DNA from: Ancylonema sp. | Lineage: Eukaryota | DNA: 47,884 nt | Reading direction: 5' to 3' | NCBI GenBank assembly: GCA_050230475.1 | Contig: JBFLGF010000217.1 | Location: 1-47,884, forward strand | Shown: positions 30,744 to 41,670 of the stretch, piece after piece | How positions within the stretch are numbered: the first letter of the stretch is position 1 | How the letters are laid out: every line of letters starts with the position of its first letter | The notes under the pieces: model-generated | Database searches by the model: none | Seen by the model: the letters and a program-made list of their open reading frames with translations, nothing else | Told to the model about the DNA's origin: nothing | Translations under genes and position numbers: made by a program

Positions 30744-33700
30744 ATGAGCGTTGTAAATGTAAAAACAAAGGAAGAATTTGAGGCTGTAGTGCAGGGTGCA
30801 GCGCGAGCAGCGGTACACTTCTGGGCGACATGGTGCGAACCTTGCACTCATATGGACTCTGTTTTTTCTCAACTAGCGTCTGAGAATCCTCGTGAGAAAT
30901 TTATTCGAGTAAGTCGGAGGCATCCTCGTATCGTGCCCTGTCGTCTCTTTTGAAGACGGAGTGTTTTCCCAGGATTCCCTATCTGATAAATGAGCTGTGT
31001 TTTCCATGATGCACTATATCTCCGATTTAGAGTACCTGAAGTACGGGCATGCACGACCTCCTTGTTTCGTGATATTATGTTGTGTATTTTAGGAGGTGAA
31101 ACAGTCCCTGCATGTATCCCTCGGTAAGGACAAAGTATGCAAATTATATGCAAAGCATACACCTTGCAGGAGTAAGAGCAGGAGATTCATTTTTTTATGG
31201 TTGATATATATTCGTCACGTTCACAGGTGGAGGCTGAGGAACTTCCAGAAATTTCGAAAAAATATGATGTCTCAGCTGTTCCATTCTTCCTCTTTTTCAA
31301 GGTATATTCACACCTTCTCCATGCCATCCTGGAGCCGATGAAATTAGGGTTTCTTGAAAAGTTTGTGGACAATTACAATGACATGTCCCAACGCTCAAGA
31401 ATGCTATCAACATAGGACTGCTACACTTATTCAGTAATGCTGTTGCTCAATGCCTTTGCTTCAAGTTCTTATCAAATGGCAACGCATAATTAAGAGCTAT
31501 GTCTTGCATAGATGGCGACGAAGAAAAATGTCAACCTTGTTTGAATAGAAAAGGCAGGAGATTACGAGGGTTTAAGGTGGTGCTGTATAGGTTTTGATGG
31601 CTAGTACAAGACTCACAGTCAAGAGAGGCGAAACAGGCTTATTTGCATGCACTGAAGCTCTGTTTTCGATCCTTTTTGGTTGCCTGCAGGATGGGGCTGC
31701 AGTTGCCAGGCTGGAAGGTGCAGACCCCTCTGGTCTCTCTCTCATGATTACCCGCCACGTGTCATCTCCTGGTCTCTCCTTATCTCCTTTTCCTCACCCG
31801 AGTCCATCTTCTTCTGGCGCTGCCGCTGCTCCTGCCGTTTTGGAGGAGGTCCTGACAGCCACTCAGAAAGCGACAGGTGTCCCTGCCTTGACACCTGGCC
31901 TGAGGAAGAGACTGGAAAGTCTGGTGTCCTCATCTCCAGTGGTCCTTTTTCTGAAGGGGACAGCAGAGATGCCCAGGTGCGGGTTCAGTTCAAAGGTGGT
32001 GAATGCGTTGAGGAAGGAAGGGGTGAAGTTTTCGGAGGTGGATATTTTACGCGACCCCGAGATCCGGGCAGGGATGAAAGAGTTCTCTGATTGGCCCACG
32101 TTTCCGCAGCTGTTCTGCAAGGGGGAACTGGTCGGGGGTTGTGATATTGTGCTGGAAATGGCTGCCAGTGGGGAACTCAGACAGGTGTTCCAGGATGCTG
32201 GGGTTGTGCCAAAAGCAGGCGGAGGGGATGGGGCTGGGAAGGGGTTGGGGAGTGGGGAGGCAACAGGTGGCGTTAGTCTACAGGAGCGGTTGAAGGAAAT
32301 GGTGAAGAGTAACAAGACAATGCTGTTCATGAAGGTGAACGCTTTGTTTTTATGTTTCAATGGTCCATTACAGGGCTCATGTTCGGCTCATGTTTGGATG
32401 AATTGAGATCTATAAACCTATAAGTCATTGGGCAGTTGCTGTTGGCTGGGAAGGGTCATGATCACAAATACGATTCAGATCACTGGATGTGTCAATGTTT
32501 GACATGTTTGGTTATATTGTCAGAGGGTATCTTTTCGAGCTGGAATCTATATTCGGTCTTGATATCTGAGACTGATTTTCAAATTTTGGATGTCAATTTG
32601 AGGGGGTCGATCTGCATGTTGTTAGGAAAAGTGATTTGATGCGGTCATGGATGTTTGACGAGGCCGAAGGTGCTTCCTTTCTTATCATCAACGTCAGCAT
32701 TAGGTTTTGCAAATTTTGGGGGTTCTTCTACCAGCTATTTAGAGCTGGATAGGTGGTTTATTGTCATATGTTTAAAGTCGATTTTTTGGGCAGAACTAAT
32801 TGACAACTGACGAATGTGAGAGCCTCGAGAGATGTGTTACCATGGAAACATTGATGTTTTATTTTGTTTTATTAATGTTTTTTGTATTTTTTATATTTGT
32901 AGGGCTGACTAGCGGGACAAGGTTGAATATGACGCATTCATTTATTATATTTTTCTTTCCCGTACAGGGGAATTTTTAACAAATGCCACCGTATGGACAA
33001 GAGCTATGTCTGTCAGATGCCGTCTCAATCAAATGTCAGCTTTGTTTGAACAAAAAAACAAGGAGATTACGAGGGTTTGAGGTTGTGCCAGACCTTTACG
33101 GCTGATACAAGACTCAGAGTTAAAAGAGGCGAAGTAGGATTATTTGCATGCACTAAAACTCTATCTTGTGCTCGTTTTGGTTGCCTGCAGGATGGGGCTG
33201 CAGTCGCCAGGCTGGAGGGTGCAGACCCCTCTGGTCTCTCTCTCATGGTCACCCGCCACCTGTCATCTCCTGGTCTCTCCTTATCTCCTCCACCTCACCC
33301 GAGTCCATCCTCTTCTGGTGCTGCTGCTGCTCCTGCTGTGCTGGAGGAGGTCCTGACAGCCACTCAGAAAGTGACAGGTGTCCCTGCCTTGACACCCGGC
33401 CTGAGGAAGAGACTGGAGAGTCTGGTGTCCTCATCTCCAGTGGTCCTTTTTCTGAAGGGGACAGCAGGTACGCCACGGTGCGGGTTCAGTTCAAAGGTGG
33501 TGAATGCGCTGAGGAAGGAAGGAGTGAAGTTTTCGGAGGTGGATATTTTACGCGACCCCGAGATCCGGGCAGGGATGAAAGAGTTCTCTGATTGGCCCAC
33601 GTTTCCTCAGCTGTTCTGCAAGGGGGAACTGGTCGGGGGGTGTGACATTGTGCTGGAAATGGCTGCCAGTGGGGAACTCAGAGAGGTGTTTCAGGATGCT

Positions 33701-34694
33701 GGGGTCTTGCCAAAAGCAGGTGGAGGAGATGAGGCTGGGAAGGGAGTGGGGAGTGCGGAGGAGACAGGTGTCAGTTTGCAGGAGCGGTTGAAGGGACTGG
33801 TGAAGTCTAACAAGACAATGTTGTTCATGAAGGTGAACGCTTTACATAAATACAAATTATAAAAAATTGCATTGATCACGGGGCTCATGTTCGTCCCAAA
33901 GTGAGATCTATAAACCTAAAAACGACCCCAGAATTTGCAAGACCTCATGCTGTATTGACAATAAGAAATGATGCACCTTCAGCCTCATCAAACATCCATG
34001 ACCACATCAAACCATTATCCTTTACTGCATGTGGATTGACCCCCTCAAATTGACATCAAAATAATTGATGAGCAGTCTCGATCATCAAGCCAAGAGAACT
34101 ACATTCCAGCTCGAAAGACACCCTCTGACAATGAAACCAATCATCTCACACATTGGCTCATCCAGTGAACCGAATCGCATTCGTAATCATGACCCTTCCC
34201 AGCCGAAAGAATTGCACAGTGACCCTATGAAGAATTGGATAGGAGGTTGATTTTGAGACATTTAAAGTCTTCGTAAGAACGCACTAAAAGTATAATAATG
34301 TGAGAGCCTCGAGAGATGTGTTACCATGGAAACATTGATGTTTTATTTTGTTTTATTAATGTTTTTTGTATTTTTTATATTTGTAGGGCTGACTAGCGGG
34401 ACAAGGTTGAATATGACGCATTCATTTATTATATTTTTCTTTCCCGTACAGGGGAATCCGGATGCTCCGAGGTGTGGGTTCAGCAAAAAAGTGGTGGCAG
34501 CTTTGCGGAAGGAAGGAGTGGCGTTTGGCAGTTTTGACATTTTGGAGGACGAAGATGTGCGACAAGGCATGAAAGACTTCTCCGATTGGCCGACATTCCC
34601 GCAACTCTATCATGATGGCGAGTTTGTGGGAGGTTGCGATATCATCATGGAAATGAGTGAACAGGGGGAGCTGAAGGAGGCTTTAGTGAACTAA
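30744..34694 (+). CDS. GRXS17: Multidomain monothiol glutaredoxin (Trx + CGFS Grx domains; GRXS17/GLRX3/PICOT) with a duplicated exon 3
   Basis: Exons 30744-30908 (HFWATWCEPC), 31227-31301 (VSAVPFFLFFK), 31690-32334 (3A; PRCGFS, SDWPTFPQL, GGCDI), 33191-33832 (3B, a paralogous copy) and 34452-34694 (PRCGFS...GELKEALVN*). All junctions are phase 0. Confidence 0.95.
31470..34457 (+). repeat. ~1.5-kb tandem intragenic duplication with an inverted ~310-bp intronic block
   Basis: ~31470-32420 is similar to ~32975-33918. 32813-32973 is identical to 34297-34457. ~32421-32728 is a diverged reverse complement of ~33919-34228. Confidence 0.9.
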
Positions 34695-35810
34695 GGAATA
34701 CAAGTATTGATGTCATGAAAGGCTTTTTTTTGTGACTTTATCTCTCTTGCGTCGCAGTTTCACACATTTCGTGGGCATTGTGTTGGTGTGATGTGTTAAC
34801 AACACGGGAAAAAAACTCACACATGTATTTTGTATCAATGACACCTTTGAGCCAATAAGCACCGAGATGTGGATAAGGACACATGCACGCATAGAATCAC
34901 GCGAACCAAAATTGTCGTCATCAAATACAAGCACCACACTGACACGTGTTATGTAGACCACAACAATAAGAGACCCACTAGTATTGTGGGCGAGCAACAA
35001 TAAAGAACAATTGTAATATTTTGGTACATTGTATGTATGGAAACGTGACAAAAAAATGGGAGTCTAAGCACCAGAACATTCGGATGTTCACCCGGTCTAA
35101 AAATGGAGAAGAAAGGGAGACCCGAGTCTGAACTAGCCATTCTGTATCGGCTTGTGCAACAACCGTACTAGCCATGTTTAATCCCCCCGAAGTAATGATG
35201 TTGGGTAGGTGCCACACTAACCAAAAAAATGGCATAGCGGGGGTGAAACATGGCCACAATGAAGTTATTTTTGCCAAAGGAGTGTACTCTCAGTACAAAC
35301 TTCTCGTTTTCGTCTATCCATACACGACCATTTGCCTACGTGACACCTCTACCGGAATATCACATGTGCGTATATCACCCAAATTTTGTTTGTTGCATCA
35401 TCAAATCTCCGGACAAGTGTGTCATGGACTCAGTTTCGGAGGAGATGCACGTTACATTGCGGAACAGCATGCGCCACTAAAGAACAGCCGGCTGCGAATA
35501 GCGGGCACACCTGACAAACAGGCACACGATTATTCACAAAGTGACACCCACCAATATGAGACGTCCAGAACTGAAAAAATATATACACATACCAAGAGGG
35601 GGATTACCTCAGATATATTTAAAATGGCAGGGGGGGGAATGAAAGGGGGCGGGATTTAGTAAATGTACTTTGGCGAGGGGCTTTGAATTTTACATCTGCT
35701 TGTGAATCAACATAGACAATCATGTGAAAGTGCAGACAGTAACAATGCAAACTAAATGAATTTTGATGCTAAAGGAAGAGTTGTGATGGTTGCACTCATC
35801 TCATGAGCAA

Positions 35811-38800
35811 CTACTCAGGTATCGCCTGACAATCTGTTATCATATCAACGTTGTGAAGAGCCAACATCCCTTTTGTGAATTGTCGCCTACCATCTTGAAA
35901 TGCTCTCAAAATAGCACAATACTGGTTTTTATTCCGACTGTAATCAGCAGACAGAGCAAATGATGAAAGAGCTTCTACAAAACTACCTTTAACATTCGAA
36001 ATTTCACTTCTCATGTGCAACCACGTAAATGCGGTATCGAATCTGAAAGCCTCGTTTCCATTTCCAACCTTGATGCATCCCTCCCCATACAGCCATTGCA
36101 ACCACTCCACGTCCCGAAAACCTCGAGATTCATCTAGAAGCATATGCATAGCCTCCTTCCACTTCGCTTTAGCCGTCACTTTTCGAATGAGAATTCGAAA
36201 GTGATCTTGAAAATCTGCAAACTTGCCATGTTCAGCTCCAACTTCGATCTCTCCATCCTTCTTTCCATCTGTGTGTGATCTAGTACCAGCATCATTTGCT
36301 ATTGTTGGAATCAGCAGAGTTTCAAGTTCATTGTCACCCACTGACCGACACATCTTCGAGCCTTCACTTTCAGATGCACCCAACATTTCCACCCCTTCCT
36401 CCTCCACCCATCTGCCCACAATTATTTTGTTTTTGGTCGAGAAAGGACGCTCCCCTCGATCCACCGAGGCAGCTGCTCTCTCTTTAACCTCCCTCGTTTC
36501 TTCTTCGAATTCACCTCCCACCAAACAGGCTTTCCTGAACGCCTCGTCATCATCTGCCATCTGGCGCACGACTGCGTGCAACAACAGTAAAACTGCACTT
36601 GACTCCAATGCCAAACCCTTCTTCTCGTCCCCTCCCGTTGTCTGCTCCAAAAGTTCTGGTACCGATATGATGGACAACAGTCTCGCTGCGATATCCTCTG
36701 CCCATTGGTGCAGAGACAAGTGGATAAATCCCTCCCACCTGTTCAAGAGGGAACCACATTCACAATCAAATATGCACAGTTAAGTTCAAGACAGGTACAG
36801 ACACTCATTTGCTTGAGACAAATACATACAAGGAAATTTGCCGATGTGTACAGCAGGCCCTTGATCCTATTCTCAATTTCTGCATAAGTTTGAAGTTACG
36901 AGCTTAGAATGACACATACCAGAACAGTTGGGAGGAGGGGTGCTATGAATGCTCACGTGAAAGGCAATTCGACCTCCACTCCAAAAGTGACATGCAAAGA
37001 AGATCCGTCTTCCTCGATTGCCTCCTTCACACTACCAGCACTCCGAGCAAACGATGACGTCGTGCAATCTTGATGCTCTGAAGAGAAAGTAAGAGCCTCA
37101 TGAGGGCATCCTCTGGGAATGTACAACACCTCTCCCCGCCGCAACACAAAATCTTCCGCCTCTCCCTCCCTGCCAGGGTCCTCCCTGGCAGCATACAACC
37201 GCGGAAGTTTCCCGGAAGGAGGGTACACCCTCCACCTCTTACGGCCTGCCATCTGGCACACAAAAACGCAGTGGTCGTCGTAGTGCAGTTTCAGGCCCTG
37301 GGAGTTCGGGGGAGTGAGGTACAGATTGGCTCCCACAGATGCCTGCCCCAGCTGACGTGCCAGCTGACACGCCACCTCAGCAACTTCGGGGATCCTGTTT
37401 TGTACACTCCTCATCACAATGCTGAACCCCTCTGAAAAAGCTCGCTTGCACTGCTCTGGACTCACACGTATATGCCCTCCTTCCTCGTCCTCAGTTTTTG
37501 TGACACTATACTCCATGATCTTCCAAAATGTTTCATGTTCGTCACCTGCTTCTGATACAGAGACACCGTTTTGAATAGGAACCTCTCGAGAACCCTCACT
37601 CTGAGGTGCTTGTGCGAAGGTCCCAGGGTTCCCTGAACTAAGGATTTCTGATTCCTGATACCCGAATCTCTTTGCCTGCCCAGCACCTGTAGATGTCTTT
37701 GCTGAAGCTGTTTTAACGAGATTGATATCATGGCCAAGTACTGGTCTGCCTCCCAGATGTTTTCCGACCACATTAACCATGGCTATCACGTTCACTTCGT
37801 CTGCAGGAGGAGAAGGGCAATGGTGACAGAGAGGAAGAAGCTTCTCCAGTACTGCCTGAGAGTTGTCTAGTAAAGAACATCGATGGAGGTTGGTCATGGT
37901 AGGAAATGAATCGAAATGGTTGGCAGTGTCGGAATGCAGTAAGACTGCAGACTTCTCCCAATGCATTTTCAAGAAATCAGTATCTATGGATCTCATTGAC
38001 GACCTTTCTTTCACACTCCATCCCTCCCCAGTCTCTAGGATAGATTCCTCCGCCCCCAAAAGAACAACAAGCTTTGCTGCCGTTTGTTGGAGTGTTTTAT
38101 CCCGGGCTGTCCCAAGCAATCGCCGGTTTGCCTGGAGTAAAGTCAGACAGCGGTGTACTAAGTCCTTCGGAATATTTCTGAAAACGCGAGTGGAAACTTC
38201 TTCACCACACATAAATTTTTCTGCTAGCGTAACAAGACTCTGCAGAGTCTTGGAAACCATGGCATCTGATATCTCCTCCTCCTCGCTCTCACTGAAGCAA
38301 CTGGAGTCCTCTTCACCATTGCTGATCTCCTCTTCACCATCAGAATCGGAAGCACTTGTATCACTTGTTAGACCTAGAGAGCAATTATCTGAGCTTGTAA
38401 GAGCGATGGGGTGTTCTTCTCCTTTGATGAACGGATCATTGGCGACACAGTATGAGAGCCTTGACTTTCCTAACTGGTTTTGGAGGAGGCACACCAGGGC
38501 CCGGCTGCACCATATCGAAGATCATGACAGATGGCAATCAGTTCAGGCGGAGTCGCATAGAAAGTACGATGTGAATCTACCCGATCCTGTCTCTCATGAT
38601 AGCAAAGGTAGCAGCTTCAACATCACCCTTCTTGTACGAGCTATGGCTGACTTGTGGTTGTGATTCGGAAAATAGTATCAATAAAGTGCTCAGAGGTGCA
38701 AATGGAAACAGTGCTACCATGACTCCGCTCCTTCACTTACAGAGTCTGATGAAGGATGTATGGATTTGCCACCATTGATTCGCCAACACTTGAAGTAGCA

Positions 38801-39599
38801 GCATCAGCCAAAGCTGTCGCCGAAGCGTGCACCAGGGACAGGTTGGCATGATTCAGGTTGGCACTGAGCAAGTGAAGGAGGCGGGTATGGGAGCCCATAG
38901 CAGAAGTGTTTAGCAGGGAGGAAAGAGCGATAGAAGAGACGAGTCTTGTGGCACCGAGGTGGTATGTGGTCAGTTGAGGAAGTTTGCGCCTGCGCAGTGC
39001 GAAACATTATCGAGTTAGAATGGAGAGGACATATGGAGCGAGGATAGATACTGGGTAGGGATATAGGAGAAGGAGGCGTAGCTGGTTTAAGGCAGAGCAC
39101 GGCAGGCAGAGTCGAGGGTCGATAACAAAGAGGTTCTTCATTTATGTTCTTAACCTCAATTATTTCCGATATACAGCAAACCTGTTCCAGTGGATTGAGC
39201 TGTGTGTTAAATAGTGGTGCATCCAATTCGGTCACGAGGGCAGGACGCTTACTTTGTGGAGAGCAGGTCTGCCAAAGTGTCCAGAAATCCCTATCCCTCT
39301 GACACCAGAGCAGAAGCTGCTACACCATCATCGGCCTCCACTGCTCTTTTTAGGATTCCGCACAACCTCTCCACTTCCTGTCTCCGCGGACAGGCAAGAG
39401 CAGATGGTGGTGGAGTTGCACTAATCACACCAGAGGAATACTCCCCGATTGCAATTTTATGAGTACATCGGTGCATGGAAGGGTGAGGCGACGAAGACTC
39501 ATTGTACACACAGGTCGCAACCTCGTTCAGCCACTCAATAAGACTCCTCAGGTGCGCATGGGCCGAGCTGGCATCAATTGCCTCCCGTTTCCGCTTCAT
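35811..39599 (-). CDS. JmjC/cupin_4 2-oxoglutarate oxygenase, NO66/MINA (RIOX)-like; 4 exons, in-frame TAG in exon 1 as assembled
   Basis: Exons 39599-39253, 38863-38741, 38504-36957 and 36738-35811 have compatible phases. Motifs: GANLYLTPPNSQGLKLHYDDHCVFVCQMAGRKRWRVY, LRRGEVLYIPRGCPHEA (HxD...H triad) and SLHVTFGVEVELPFTWEGF. Confidence 0.88.
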
Positions 39600-40065
39600 T
39601 TATATGACACGGAGGCCTCCCCGCTCGTTCCTACTGTATCAGCAGAATTGCATTCTTCAACATCTGGCACAAGGAAACGAAGCGCACTCACTGATCATTA
39701 GCGTGGCTCGCCTCAGCTTATCCTGCTCGAGGCGCTCAAGGCACTGGGCAACACACCCTGGAGCCAGAGCCAAAAGTTGCAGAATTCAGGGCTCGCCCCC
39801 CCCCAATTTACTCTACTTTTCGGGTTCGAATCGAGAATCGGATTCGTTCATCAGATTCGGTGCGTTCGCCACTGGAGCTGAAACTACATTTCATGACTTC
39901 AGCGTACTCGCTCTTCTCTTTCCAGCCTCTGGCGTTTTTTGTTTCTTAGCGAAGGAGCTGTCTTCTACACCACCACGCACCACAGTGCCTTACGACGGCC
40001 GCAAGCCCGTATTGTCTGTTCTGAATATCTGAAGTCAAGAAGTCTGGTTGACATCAGCACCTAGC

Positions 40066-40338
40066 ATGGCGTTGTGGTTGACAGAAGAACTATATCTTGC
40101 CAACAAGCCGTCAGTTTTGCGCTTATACCGCCATATCCTAAAGGAACTGGACCGAGGCGCTGGCGGGCTTGGTCTTGCTGCCCGCGAGGCACGGAAGAGA
40201 GATGTACGGATAATGTTTGAGGTAGCTGAGCAGGAAGATTCTATCGACAATATTCAGGACCTCGCAAATGTTGGAACTCATGTGCTCCAGCAGCTGCGGA
40301 AGGGCCATCTCCCAGAAGTGAATAACCTTCTCGCTTGA
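40066..40338 (+). CDS. Small LYR-motif (Complex1_LYR-like) protein, single exon
   Basis: 90 aa with VLRLYRHILK and a downstream conserved F (VRIMFE); three-helix amphipathic pattern. Confidence 0.75.
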   Translation: MALWLTEELYLANKPSVLRLYRHILKELDRGAGGLGLAAREARKRDVRIMFEVAEQEDSIDNIQDLANVGTHVLQQLRKGHLPEVNNLLA

Positions 40339-41670
40339 CCCAAACCCGCCGATTTCGATTTAAGATCGTGCTCGCTATCGCTCCCCCGGTTCCATCTCCA
40401 TATCAAACCATGCAGAGCTCCTCTCTACTTGAATTCTCACTCTCCTCTGGTGACCTCTTTATCTACCTCCTGTCCTCTGATGCGCCTTCTCCCTTTCTCA
40501 AAATATACACTCTCCCCCAGTCTACTCTCAAAAGCAAACCTGGCTGTTCACAGAAAGCAGGATGTCACTAGATGATGGAATCCAAGGTGCAGGATTTTAC
40601 ACCCGTTGTTGAACGATAACAGAAGAGTTTGAATATGGAGAGAAGGAGGATCCCCTGGAAGGGCGAGGGCATCATACGACCAAACAAACATAGTGGATCC
40701 TTTCGAGCGAGCACTCTTTAGTGTTTCTGTGTAGTCATAATTGCTTTCAGAGATGTCCCCTTTTTAACCAACACTAGAGTTCGAACTCTTATCCCGATTC
40801 TCTCTTAGCATAATGCGGTAGCATTTGTGAGGAGTAAAAGGCTGAGCGCAATTTTGTATTTTTGAAAGGTTGACGGTTTCTACTTTTGTTGCCAGCGAAT
40901 ACAAGCACAACAAATATGGCAGTTGTGATTGCTTACTTACGAGTCCCACAAGAAGGAAAACATCAATAGACACAGGGTTGCCTATTGTGAGTAATTTATT
41001 GATGCTTTGTTTTCATTGGAATGCATTCTAGGATATGTTGTAAATTCTTCAAGAGACATCTCATGTCACATGTCATATTACAACAAATTCAATTTCAAGA
41101 GATTCTACTCCAATAAAATACTTTGTAATTAGTCGGGTAATGGTCCGAAATTATCTCCTTTGGTGGGTAACCAAGTGTGTCGTTGTAGTTTGCTTCTTGG
41201 TACACCTTATCGCCATATTTTCATGTCAACAGCGATGTTCAAGTAGTCATACTTTTACTTTGTGCCTTGACTGAATGTTCCAAACATTAAGCTATACCAT
41301 GCACTCACTTAAAGATTGACAATGCAATCATTCGATCATTTTATGGGATACAAATGTTGTTTCCCCATCCAATCAATGTAGCATAAGGGAGATGTACACC
41401 TTCTCTTCCAATTCCCACATTCATACAACAACCAAGTGCACATAAGTATACATTATTTTCATCAACGTACCCACATGTACCCACGTATCACTTCAATTAT
41501 AAGTGTGTTGTGCGAGTGAAAGAAATTCGAATCATACCCGCCATTTCCTTGCATGAAGTGGAATTGATACCTTTTGTCACGGTTCAAAGTAAAAGGCCAC
41601 GCAATATCAATAGTAAAGAAAAATAAAATTTTGCATCTTCTTATCAATTTTGAGGACCCATCACTGATTA

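Noticed and set aside
35174..35659. 161-aa ORF between the GRXS17 and JmjC 3' ends
   Set aside because: No recognisable motif or splice structure; likely a chance ORF.
37863..38663. 266-aa + strand ORF
   Set aside because: Antisense to the large JmjC exon, with no recognisable motif.
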